Assembly: GCA_947589165.1 (NCBI GenBank)
Contig: CANQCH010000001.1
Location: forward strand, 1 to 47,435
Length of the DNA stretch: 47,435 nucleotides
Direction of reading: 5' to 3'
Source: an uncultured Bacilli bacterium
Lineage (GTDB): Bacteria; Bacillota_I; Bacilli_A; RF39; UBA660
The notes below the pieces were generated by a model. The model was not told where the DNA came from and made no database searches. It saw only the letters and a program-made list of their open reading frames with translations. Position numbers and translations under genes: made by a program. Shown here piece by piece: positions 36,765 to 45,902 of this stretch. The first letter of the stretch is position 1, and every line of letters starts with the position of its first letter.

Positions 36765-37643
36765 TCAAGAAATGAGCTCAATATATTGATGCCGAATCCC
36801 TTTTAATTCTTTTGGTTTAATTGTTAAACCACATTGTAACCGCCGCGCCAAAGGAACACTTTCGGTAATATTTTGCTTCATAAATAAAGGATTAGCACTA
36901 TAAAAGTTAAAATCTCTAAATAATCCTTTAAAATTTTGGTCATTAAAGAAATCTATCGTTGGCGCACTAGGTGTCAAGACATTAGTTTTATAATCTTTGA
37001 TTAAATTTTCCAAAATTGAAGCTTGCATAAAGTTAATTATATTTACGGTCTTATGTGGTATCGCCATCGCTACGTCTAAGATTAACATCGAAGCATAAAA
37101 ATTAGCTAAATGACTAAGTGGTTCAAATAAAGTTTTATGATTAGCCAATTTATGATCGTAAATGGCTAACATTTCTTCAATACTAGCCGGCAAATTTTCA
37201 ATATTAGCTTCAAAATCTAATCCCGTAAATAAAATTTTATGTAAAATGTTGGCGCGAATAATAACTGCTTCCAAATTTTTAGCAGAAGTACTAGCAATAT
37301 GCCATTGATTAATTTTTTCAATCTCGATTGCTAAGCAATAAATAATATTTAAAATTTGAATAATTAAATTGTCCTTATCCGAAAAAGAATGAAAATTTTC
37401 ATTCATAAAGAGTGGTTTACTATCTTTTAAGGAAGAATTAATAATTAATCGCCGTTCATCATAACTATATAAAATATCTGGATTTTCACTATAAATGATA
37501 TTTGTAAATGTTACTTTGTCCAAATATGGTACCAAGTCTTTTTCTTTAACTATTATTGAAACGATTTCCGCGATATCGCGATTATTAATCTTTCTTTTCG
37601 TATCAATGATATTTTCTACAATTAAAGCTAATTTTTTAACCAT
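36765..37643 (-). CDS. Hypothetical protein (P1)
   Basis: 292-aa ORF with a GAGGGGGG RBS and its own consensus promoter. I recognise no domain. Confidence 0.65.
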   Translation of the reverse strand: MVKKLALIVENIIDTKRKINNRDIAEIVSIIVKEKDLVPYLDKVTFTNIIYSENPDILYSYDERRLIINSSLKDSKPLFMNENFHSFSDKDNLIIQILNIIYCLAIEIEKINQWHIASTSAKNLEAVIIRANILHKILFTGLDFEANIENLPASIEEMLAIYDHKLANHKTLFEPLSHLANFYASMLILDVAMAIPHKTVNIINFMQASILENLIKDYKTNVLTPSAPTIDFFNDQNFKGLFRDFNFYSANPLFMKQNITESVPLARRLQCGLTIKPKELKGIRHQYIELIS

Positions 37644-37673
37644 TCTGTATCCCCCCTCTTTTTGATGGCTGTT

Positions 37674-37702
37674 ATTATAAATAAAATATTAATTTTTGTC
37701 AA
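37674..37702 (-). promoter_or_regulatory. Consensus sigma-A promoter for P1
   Basis: Minus strand reads TTGACA (37702..37697), a 17-nt spacer, then TATAAT (37679..37674). Confidence 0.7.
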
Positions 37703-37703
37703 G

Positions 37704-37727
37704 AAAAAAGCCTTTTAAGGCTTTTTT
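37704..37727. terminator. Hairpin at the end of P2
   Basis: AAAAAAGCC-ttttaa-GGCTTTTTT is symmetric. It overlaps the last P2 codons and stop. Confidence 0.55.
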
Positions 37728-38284
37728 CTTCGCGATAATGCAAAGACATCATCAATAAATAACGGATTATACATTAAAAAACGATTTATTTCATCAGTTA
37801 AAATTTGACATCCTTTTTGATCAATATTAGTAAAAGTAAAATCCGATAAGATTCTTGTTAATGGTACTTGATAAGCCTTTTTTGCCGTTTCGCCATCAGT
37901 ATAAGATAAAATATTGCCATCCAAAGCTTCAATTTTACCAAAAGTTTCCGTTTCTCCAATTAGTAAAAAATCAAAATCACTTTGATTAGCTACCGGATAT
38001 GCTAAGCTAAAAGTATTATCAAAATTAAATAAAGCTTGAAAACTGGTTTTAGCCAAACAATTTTCCGGATTAGTAACTGCTTCTAAGGCTAGTTCATTAT
38101 CTAAAGCTTGAATTTTTCTTTGCCTTAATAAATGATTAATAATATCTTGTTCTTCATAGACATCATTTTGACGAATTCGGTATAAAGTTTGCCGAATTAT
38201 ATTTTGGCGGGCACTATAACTAAGATGATAGGCATCATTATCTAAAATATTTAATAATTTTTGGGTTAATTCAAATGCCGTCAT
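37715..38284 (-). CDS. Hypothetical protein (P2)
   Basis: 189-aa ORF. AAGGAAAGGA RBS. The start lies 14 nt downstream of the asnS stop. I recognise no domain. Confidence 0.65.
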   Translation of the reverse strand: MTAFELTQKLLNILDNDAYHLSYSARQNIIRQTLYRIRQNDVYEEQDIINHLLRQRKIQALDNELALEAVTNPENCLAKTSFQALFNFDNTFSLAYPVANQSDFDFLLIGETETFGKIEALDGNILSYTDGETAKKAYQVPLTRILSDFTFTNIDQKGCQILTDEINRFLMYNPLFIDDVFALSRRKKP

Positions 38285-38298
38285 AAAATATCCTTTCC

Positions 38299-39663
38299 TT
38301 AATATTCACAATTTCCTGGCGTCCGGGGATAAGGGATTACATCCCGAATATTATCGACACCCGTTAGGTAAATAATTAAACGTTCAAAACCCATGCCAAA
38401 GCCTGAATGAACGCAGCCGCCATAACGCCGAAGATTTACATACCATTCCATATCTTCTGGTTTCATTTTTAATTCTTTCATCCGGGTAACTAATTTTTCG
38501 TAATCTTCTTCTCTTTGACTACCACCCATTAATTCGCCCGCTCCAGGTACTTCTAAATCCACGGCGGCTACCGTTTTGCCATCGGGATTTTGTTTCATAT
38601 AGAATGCTTTAATATCCTTAGGCCAATTTTTGATAAAAACGGGACCATGAAAATAATCCGTGATATATTTTTCATGTTCTTTAGCAATATCCCCACCAAC
38701 CTCAGGCATAAATTCCCATTTTACCGGCGCTTCTTGTAATATTTTAATCACATCCGCATGATCAATTCGCACAAATTGGCTATTTACTAAGTTCGTTAAT
38801 TTCGTAATAAGACCCTTTTCCACAAAATTATCACATAATTCTAATTCTTTAGGACAATTATCTAGCACGTATTGTACGACATATTTTAACATTTCTTCCA
38901 TAATATCCATATTGCCAGCCAAATCGCAAAAGGCAATTTCTGGTTCAATCATCCAAAATTCTGAAGCATGCGTTTTAGTATTCGAATTTTCGGCGCGAAA
39001 AGTAGGCCCAAAAGTATAAGTTTTTTTATAAGCTAACGCAAAGGTTTCCGCTTCTAGTTGCCCACTCACAGTTAAATTAGTCATTTTCCCAAAGAAATCT
39101 TAGCGATAATCAATATCCCCTTTTAATTTAGCAAGTGGCAAAGTGGTAACTTGAAACATTTCTCCGGCCCCTTCACAGTCACTAGCCGTAATTAATGGGG
39201 CATGAAAATAGACATAACCACGATCTTGAAAATATTTATGGATTGCATAAGCTGCAGTACTCCGAATGCGAAAAACAGCTTGAAAAAGATTAGTACGTGG
39301 CCGTAAATAAGCTACTTCCCGGAGAAATTCCCGCGTATGTCTTTTGGGTTGAATCGGATAATCTTCCGGACAGTCACCTAAAAGCGTAATTTCTTGTGCT
39401 TGAAGTTCAATATCTTGTTTCCCTTTAGATGGGACAATTATTCCTTTAACATTAATCGCACAACCTACTAAAAGTTTTTGAATATCTTTAAAATTGGCTA
39501 ACGACTCATCATAAACAATTTGTAAATGTTCTTGATGCGTACCATCGGAAAAATCAATAAAACCAAAAGTCTTTTGATCTCGGTGATTACGAATCCAACC
39601 CGAAATCGTAACTTCTTGATTTAAATATTTTTTCGTATCTTGAAATATGTCTCTTAAATCCAT
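38299..39663 (-). pseudogene. asnS: Asparaginyl-tRNA synthetase interrupted by a single in-frame TAA (39102..39100)
   Basis: ORFs 39100..39663 (OB-fold anticodon-binding part) and 38299..39084 (class II catalytic core) are in the same frame. The junction reads DIDYR*DFFGKMTNLTVSGQLEAE. Motif 2 (FRAENSNTKTHASEFWMIEPE) and motif 3 (GFGMGFERL) are intact. Confidence 0.85.
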
Positions 39664-39677
39664 ATTAGTCTCCTTTT

Positions 39678-40967
39678 TTATGGGGTAAGTCGTGATGGAC
39701 CCCTAAATATAAACATTTCTTCTTTTAAGGATGGAATGCCTAATAAAAGCATGGTCAACCGGTCAACGCCAATGGCAAAGCCTCCATGAGGCGGACACCC
39801 ATAACGGAAAAATTGGAGATAAAATTCGACATCTTTATCTAAACCTTTTTCCCGGGCTTGTTTTGTTAATTCTTCATAACGATGTTCTCTTTGCGCTCCG
39901 GTAGTAATTTCAGTGCCTTTCCATATCAAATCAAACCCTTGGGGTACATCATCTTTCCGCATGTGATAGAATGCTCTTTTTGTTTTGGCAAAATCGGTTA
40001 CAAAGATAAATTCATGGCCGTATTCTTCCATAGCAAAACGGGAAGTTAATTTTTCGGCTTCAGCATTCATATCGCCAATATCATACGCCGGAATTTCATA
40101 ATTATACCTTTTATTTAATTCTTGATATAAATCTTGTAATTTAATCCGCGGGAATGGCCGTTTAGGAATAATAACATCGGTTGCAAAAAGACGTTTAATT
40201 TCTTCGCCATATAATTCTTTAACCTTGGTTAAACCGGCGATTAATAATTCTTCTTCTAAATCCATTACATCAGTATAAGAATCGATATATGCAAATTCTA
40301 AGTCAAATGAAGTAAATTCGGTAGTATGCCGATTCGTATTGGAATTTTCCGCCCGAAATGCTGGTGCAACTTCAAAAATTCGTTCTAAACCACTCGCGAT
40401 TGCCATTTGCTTATAAAATTGGGGACTTTGCGCTAAATAGGCTTTACGATCAAAATATTTAACTTCAAAAACATCTGAACCAGATTCACTCGCCGTGGCT
40501 ATTAATTTGGGCGTATGAATTTCCGTAAAGTTTTGTTTTATTAAAAAGGAACGCATACCATCCACAAAAGCTGATTGTACTTTAAGCATTAAATTATTTT
40601 TTTCCGTCCGTAAATCAATCCAACGGTAATCTAATCGTGTATCAATATTGGCGGTTACATCTATTGGTAACATTTCGGCTTTACTTAAAATTTTAAGACT
40701 TTCGGGAATAAATTCTCTTCCCCCTTGTTTAACATATTCACTTAATTGCATTTTGCCGGTAAATTCTAAAATGCTATTTGCTAAAACGCCATCTAATTCT
40801 TTAACTAAAGCGGCATTTTGGGCTTTATCAAGCGAAACTTGAATTTTCCCACTGGCATCTTTTAAAATGATAAAAAGCATATATTTTGTATCCCGTATTG
40901 CTTCGGCCCAACCACTAATTCTCGCTTCTTCGCCAGCTTCTAAATTATTAATAAGTACTCTTTTCAT
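39678..40967 (-). CDS. aspS: Aspartyl-tRNA synthetase, short archaeal/type-2 form lacking the bacterial GAD insertion
   Basis: About 429 aa. FRAENSNTNRHTTEF and GGFAIGVDRL motifs. AGGAG RBS before the ATG at 40967 (the ORF track starts at GTG 40973). Confidence 0.9.
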   Translation of the reverse strand: MKRVLINNLEAGEEARISGWAEAIRDTKYMLFIILKDASGKIQVSLDKAQNAALVKELDGVLANSILEFTGKMQLSEYVKQGGREFIPESLKILSKAEMLPIDVTANIDTRLDYRWIDLRTEKNNLMLKVQSAFVDGMRSFLIKQNFTEIHTPKLIATASESGSDVFEVKYFDRKAYLAQSPQFYKQMAIASGLERIFEVAPAFRAENSNTNRHTTEFTSFDLEFAYIDSYTDVMDLEEELLIAGLTKVKELYGEEIKRLFATDVIIPKRPFPRIKLQDLYQELNKRYNYEIPAYDIGDMNAEAEKLTSRFAMEEYGHEFIFVTDFAKTKRAFYHMRKDDVPQGFDLIWKGTEITTGAQREHRYEELTKQAREKGLDKDVEFYLQFFRYGCPPHGGFAIGVDRLTMLLLGIPSLKEEMFIFRGPSRLTP

Positions 40968-40975
40968 AATCACTC

Positions 40976-42229
40976 CTATATATTTGAAATTAAAAAATCC
41001 ACAATTTCATTTTCATCAATTTTCATTTCTTCTTTAGTTGCATTATCTTTGACATTAATTAAACCTTTTTTTAAATCTTCACTATTTAATATAAGTAAAA
41101 ACTTACTATTTAAACTATCCGCGACTTTAAATTGACTTTTTAAACTTAAATTATTACTATTAATTTCCGTTTTAACATGATTTAAACGTAAATCTTGGGC
41201 TAATTTTATCCCATATATTTTTTCTTCTTCATTAACACACATAATGTAAGCATCAACATTTTGGGGTATTTCACTCGTTGGTAAAATTTTCTTTAAGGCT
41301 AACATAATCCGGTCAAGGCCTAAGCCAAAACCAATTGCTGGTAAATGTGGCCCATCTAATTTTTCCACTAAAGTATTATATCTGCCTCCAGCGCCTAAGG
41401 CTAAACCATCATCATCGCTAATATATTCCCAAACATGATAATCATAGTAATCTAACCCTCGAACTAAATGATTATCAACTTCATAATCAACATCTAACAT
41501 CGTTAATAATTCTTTTAATTTATTAAATTTACTTTTACTTTCGGCCGATAAATAATCTAAAATATTTGGTAAATTTTGCATTATGGTCTGATCTTTATCG
41601 ACCTTGCAATCTAGGATTCTTAAAGGATTTTTTTCATATCGGGTTTGGCAGTCTGCACATAAGTCTTTTAAATGCGGTTTTAAATATTTTTTTAAGGCCG
41701 CCGTATAATTTTCGCGCGTTTTTTCATCACCCAAAGAATTTAAATGAACCGTAAAATTTTCTAGTCCTAATTCTTTTAAAAGATTATAACCTAAAGAAAT
41801 AACTTCCGCATCAATTAATACATCATCGGAATTAAAAACTTCCACGCCAAATTGGGTAAGTTCCCGATATCTTCCTGCTTGAGGTCTTTCATAACGATAC
41901 ATCGTTCCTAAATAATAATATTTTAAAACATCATTCCGATTCCCATAAAGTTTATTTTCTATTAAGGCCCGAACTACGCCCGCCGTTCCTTCGGGTCGTA
42001 AAGTTATATTTCGCCCTCCGCGATCGATAAAATCATAAGTTTCTTTCACCACCATGTCACTGGCATCCCCAACACTTCGATGATACAAGTTACGATCTTC
42101 AAAGATCGGTGTCCGAATAAATTCATAATGATAATCTTCCATAAAATCCTGAATACAAGCCGTTATATACTCGTATAATTTAGCATCAAGGCCATATAAA
42201 TCATAAGTTCCTTTAGGTTTAATTAACAT
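40976..42229 (-). CDS. hisS: Histidyl-tRNA synthetase
   Basis: Motifs LRPEGT, YRYERPQAGR.REL.Q, GGRY..L and GFG.GLDR. Confidence 0.93.
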   Translation of the reverse strand: MLIKPKGTYDLYGLDAKLYEYITACIQDFMEDYHYEFIRTPIFEDRNLYHRSVGDASDMVVKETYDFIDRGGRNITLRPEGTAGVVRALIENKLYGNRNDVLKYYYLGTMYRYERPQAGRYRELTQFGVEVFNSDDVLIDAEVISLGYNLLKELGLENFTVHLNSLGDEKTRENYTAALKKYLKPHLKDLCADCQTRYEKNPLRILDCKVDKDQTIMQNLPNILDYLSAESKSKFNKLKELLTMLDVDYEVDNHLVRGLDYYDYHVWEYISDDDGLALGAGGRYNTLVEKLDGPHLPAIGFGLGLDRIMLALKKILPTSEIPQNVDAYIMCVNEEEKIYGIKLAQDLRLNHVKTEINSNNLSLKSQFKVADSLNSKFLLILNSEDLKKGLINVKDNATKEEMKIDENEIVDFLISNI

Positions 42230-42336
42230 TTAAATCTCTCCATTCATCTTTTTTTATTTTACCATATAATTGACTTTTGGGTGGAAAAAATAAGCAATTT
42301 GACATTTTCTTTAGATTGTGCTAAATTGTTGCCATT

Positions 42337-42403
42337 AAAAGACACAGAACTGTCAGTTATGGGTTTAGATTTATTATCTACGACCTTCTGACCTGTGTCT
42401 TTT
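42337..42403 (-). terminator. Long interrupted hairpin between the 42443..43228 gene and hisS
   Basis: AAAAGACACAG (42337..42347) pairs with CTGTGTCTTTT (42393..42403). An inner GTCAG/CTGAC stem is also present. The loop is about 31 nt. Confidence 0.4.
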
Positions 42404-42442
42404 ATTTTGCCTTTTTCTAATAAATTATTAATATAATTATTA

Positions 42443-43228
42443 TTATCTTTTCGTTCTTTCGCGGCGCTTTTCTTGATTTTGATTTAAGTACACATCTATT
42501 TGGGCAAGTTCTTCCCAAATTAGAGCCATTTCTTTTAAAATAGCGTCTTTCTTAAAGGGGACCGTCGCCGTTTTAAGTTCCATCATTAATTTAGTTAAAG
42601 TCGTTATTTTCAGCTTTATAGTCGCCTTTAGACCATTATCGGCCATTTGGCGATATTTTAATTCTAATTCTTCTAACAAAGTTATTTGGTTATCTTCCGT
42701 AGGAATAATAGCGTCTTTGGAACTATTTTGGGGTTTTAAATTATTTTTCATTACCAATAATTTTTGCGTTAAATAATTTAATTTTTTTTGATATTCTTGA
42801 TAATCCGCTGGTTTAGCTAAATGAAATTTTATTTTTAACCATTCTTGCAGCAAGGAATCATTTTTAATCGTGGCTTTACTAGCCATAAATAAAGAAAACA
42901 TAACAGCTAATAAACTTCCTCCAATGGCAAGCGGCGCAAAATAAGTAATTTGGGCCACACTAGCTAAAATTAAAATTAATCCGAGTAATGACATTCCTAA
43001 CCAGAAGCCAAGCTTTTTGATAAAAAAGCCAATTAATTCGGGCGAAAAGAAATTAAACTTAGGGGCTAAATTATTCGGCCAATGGTAGATATTTTCTTCT
43101 TCGCCATGAATATCCGCTAAAAGAGCATCAATTTTTTCTCTTAAAATAACCGGATCATCATTATTTAACGCTTGACGTCTAATTTTAGTTAATTCTTTTA
43201 AATAGTAACTTATCTTAGCATTAAACAT
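42443..43228 (-). CDS. Hypothetical membrane protein with two central TM segments flanked by coiled-coil-like regions
   Basis: 261-aa ORF between dtd and hisS. TM segments: MSLLGLILILASVAQITYF and PLAIGGSLLAVMFSLFMA. Confidence 0.6.
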   Translation of the reverse strand: MFNAKISYYLKELTKIRRQALNNDDPVILREKIDALLADIHGEEENIYHWPNNLAPKFNFFSPELIGFFIKKLGFWLGMSLLGLILILASVAQITYFAPLAIGGSLLAVMFSLFMASKATIKNDSLLQEWLKIKFHLAKPADYQEYQKKLNYLTQKLLVMKNNLKPQNSSKDAIIPTEDNQITLLEELELKYRQMADNGLKATIKLKITTLTKLMMELKTATVPFKKDAILKEMALIWEELAQIDVYLNQNQEKRRERTKR

Positions 43229-43246
43229 TGTATCCCTCCTTGCTAT

Positions 43247-43681
43247 TTAAAATTCTAAACTTATGGTAATTGGCCCATCATTAATTATATTGACTTCCAT
43301 ATCTGCCCCAAAAATTCCGGTAGCAACTTTAACTTGTTCCAATAATAATTCATTAAAATAATTATATAAAACGATCGCTTTATCGCCACTTAAAGCTTGA
43401 ACATAACTAGGCCGATTCCCTTTGGTAGTATCCGCATATAACGTAAATTGCGAAATCGATAAAATTTCGCCTCCCACATCTAAAAGGCTTTTATTCATCA
43501 CCCCATTTTCATCATCAAAAATACGTAAATTAAGAATTTTTTTGACCATTTTCATGATTTTTTCGGGATTATCCCCTTCTGTAAAGCCAACCAAGACTAC
43601 TAAGCCATGGTTAATCTTACCTACCACTTTATTATCGACTTTAACCGAACTTTCTTTACTTCTTTGCACTATAACTCGCAT
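43247..43681 (-). CDS. dtd: D-aminoacyl-tRNA deacylase
   Basis: SQFTLYADT.KGNRPS and NDGP.T motifs, 144 aa, downstream of relA. Confidence 0.93.
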   Translation of the reverse strand: MRVIVQRSKESSVKVDNKVVGKINHGLVVLVGFTEGDNPEKIMKMVKKILNLRIFDDENGVMNKSLLDVGGEILSISQFTLYADTTKGNRPSYVQALSGDKAIVLYNYFNELLLEQVKVATGIFGADMEVNIINDGPITISLEF

Positions 43682-43690
43682 AATTTTCTC

Positions 43691-45817
43691 CTATAAATTT
43701 TTCGCCACATTTATTACATTAGGCATAACTTCTAAAGTATTCATAACAGTAGTTAAAATATTGGTATTTTTAACTTGTAAATTAATTTCATATACGACGC
43801 GACCATCTTTTTCAATTGTATTACAAGATCTAACCGTCGCATCTTTTTTGCCAATTTCCGTGATAATTTCGGCGAGTAAATTTTTATTTTCATTAACCGT
43901 TACATAAATATTAGTATAATAATTATTACTACTATTTTCATTCCACGTAACGTTAATCGTTCTTTCATCTTTCGTCATAATATTGGGACAATTTGCTTTA
44001 TGAATGGTAATGCCTTGACCCTTAGTAATATAACCAACGATGGCATCACCTTTAACGGGCATACAACATTTAGCCATATTGACTAAAATATTTTCGGCGC
44101 CATCAACTAAAACATCACTTTGATAGTTAACTTTAGCGACTTTTGGTTTACGTTCTAATAAAACATCATCAACCGCATGCTTTTCTTCCGTAATTAAACT
44201 AATTATATATGCTGCCGTATAACGTAGGGAACCAATAGATAGATAAATTTCATCTAAATCTTCTAGTTTTAAATCGGTCGTAATTTTCTTGATGGCTTCA
44301 TTATTAAATAACGTATTAAAACTTAATTTGCGTTTCCGTAATTCTTTTTCTAAAATATCTTTTCCTTTTACAATATATTCATCACGGTCTTTTTTACTAA
44401 AATAAGCCTTAATTTTCTTTTTTGCTTGATTAGTTTTGGCAAAATTTAACCAATCTTTATTGGGCGTTGCATTAGGATTCGTTTTAATGGTAATAATATC
44501 ATCATTATGGAGTTCCGTTGCTAAGGGAACAATTTGTTCATTAACTAAGGCCCCAACGGTCGTATCGCCAATTTTGGAATGAATCCGGTAAGCAAAATCA
44601 ATTGGCGTACTACCTTTAGGTAATTCCATAACATCCCCATTGGGCGTATAGACATATATTGAATCACTAAAGATTTCGGATTTGACGGCATCTTCAAAAT
44701 CCAAATCTTCTTGATTTTCGCCAGCTTCAATGACGTTCCGGAACAATTCTAATTTTTGTTCCATAATACTTTGGACTTTTTTAGCCCCTTTTTCTTTATA
44801 TGACCAATGGGATGCTAAACCTTTTTCGGCAATTTCATCCATTTCATAAGTTCGAATTTGCACTTCAAAGATTTGGCCATCGACGCCAAAAACAGTCGTA
44901 TGTAAGGATTGATACATATTTTCTTTGGGATTGGCAATATAATCTTTAAATCTTTTCGGCATTGGACGAAAATGGGAATGAATTAAACCAATAACGGTAT
45001 AACATTCACTTTCTTTTTCGACAAAAATCCGTAAAGCTAAAATATCATAGATTTGATCCCATCTTTTCCCATTATTTAATTTATTATAAATACTATAAAC
45101 ACTCTTAACTCGACCTTTAATTTGGAATTTAATACCTGCTTCCGTTAAGATTTCGATTAAAGCTTGTTTCATATCTAACAAATAACCATTTAAATCCGTA
45201 ATCGAATCATTTAATTTTTCTAAAATATCATTATATACATTGGGTTTTAAATAATATAAGGATAAATTTTCTAACTCACTCTTGATGGAATTAATCCCTA
45301 ATCGATGGGCAATCGGCACTAAAACATCCATTGTTTCTTCGGCTTTTTCTTTTTGTTTTTCCGTTGATATTGCCCAATTAGTCCGCATATTATGTAACCG
45401 GTCCGCCAATTTAATATATAAAACGCGCACATCTTCAATTAAACCAATTAAAATCTTTCTTAAATAATAAGCACTACTTTCATTTTGATCCGGTAATTCT
45501 AATTTATTAATTTTTGATATGGATTCGACAATTTTAGCTACTTCGCTCCCAAATTCTTCATTTAATTCTTCCACGGTTACATCCGCATTATTAATTACTT
45601 CATGTAATATTGCCGCCACTAAAGTTGTATCATCAACATTTAAATCTAATAAAATTTTACATACTTCTAAAGGATGCGTAATAAAATCATCCCCGGTTAA
45701 CCGTTTCATACCTTTATGTTTTTCGGCCGCATATAAATATGCTTTTTTAATTAACGCATAATTTTCGCGTTTTTGAAAAAGCGGTTCTAATTCGGCAAAA
45801 GTAATTCCTTTAGTCAT
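43691..45817 (-). CDS. relA: Bifunctional (p)ppGpp synthetase/hydrolase (RelA/SpoT homologue)
   Basis: HD, RelA_SpoT, TGS and ACT domains are present. AGGTGAG RBS before the ATG at 45817. Confidence 0.93.
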   Translation of the reverse strand: MTKGITFAELEPLFQKRENYALIKKAYLYAAEKHKGMKRLTGDDFITHPLEVCKILLDLNVDDTTLVAAILHEVINNADVTVEELNEEFGSEVAKIVESISKINKLELPDQNESSAYYLRKILIGLIEDVRVLYIKLADRLHNMRTNWAISTEKQKEKAEETMDVLVPIAHRLGINSIKSELENLSLYYLKPNVYNDILEKLNDSITDLNGYLLDMKQALIEILTEAGIKFQIKGRVKSVYSIYNKLNNGKRWDQIYDILALRIFVEKESECYTVIGLIHSHFRPMPKRFKDYIANPKENMYQSLHTTVFGVDGQIFEVQIRTYEMDEIAEKGLASHWSYKEKGAKKVQSIMEQKLELFRNVIEAGENQEDLDFEDAVKSEIFSDSIYVYTPNGDVMELPKGSTPIDFAYRIHSKIGDTTVGALVNEQIVPLATELHNDDIITIKTNPNATPNKDWLNFAKTNQAKKKIKAYFSKKDRDEYIVKGKDILEKELRKRKLSFNTLFNNEAIKKITTDLKLEDLDEIYLSIGSLRYTAAYIISLITEEKHAVDDVLLERKPKVAKVNYQSDVLVDGAENILVNMAKCCMPVKGDAIVGYITKGQGITIHKANCPNIMTKDERTINVTWNENSSNNYYTNIYVTVNENKNLLAEIITEIGKKDATVRSCNTIEKDGRVVYEINLQVKNTNILTTVMNTLEVMPNVINVAKNL

Positions 45818-45902
45818 TTTTCTCACCTAAAATAATATATTTTTATAAGTAAAACTTACATTCTCATTATATACCAAAATGCAAGGTTAATAAAGGTGAA
45901 AT

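Noticed and set aside
42230-42442. T-box riboswitch upstream of hisS-aspS.
   Set aside because: I found no T-box consensus (AGGGUGGUACCGCG-like), no specifier-loop architecture, and no terminator or antiterminator directly before the RBS. The promoter-like element lies only about 25 nt from the RBS.
43422-43907. 161-aa plus-strand ORF spanning the dtd/relA junction. Similar long shadow ORFs occur at 45282..45467, 45519..45761, 44545..44730, 40648..40842 and 41566..41754.
   Set aside because: They are antisense to, or out of frame with, strongly conserved genes (dtd, relA, aspS, hisS). They have low-complexity, Ser/Phe/Ile-rich composition and no RBS. These are typical shadow ORFs of AT-rich coding DNA.
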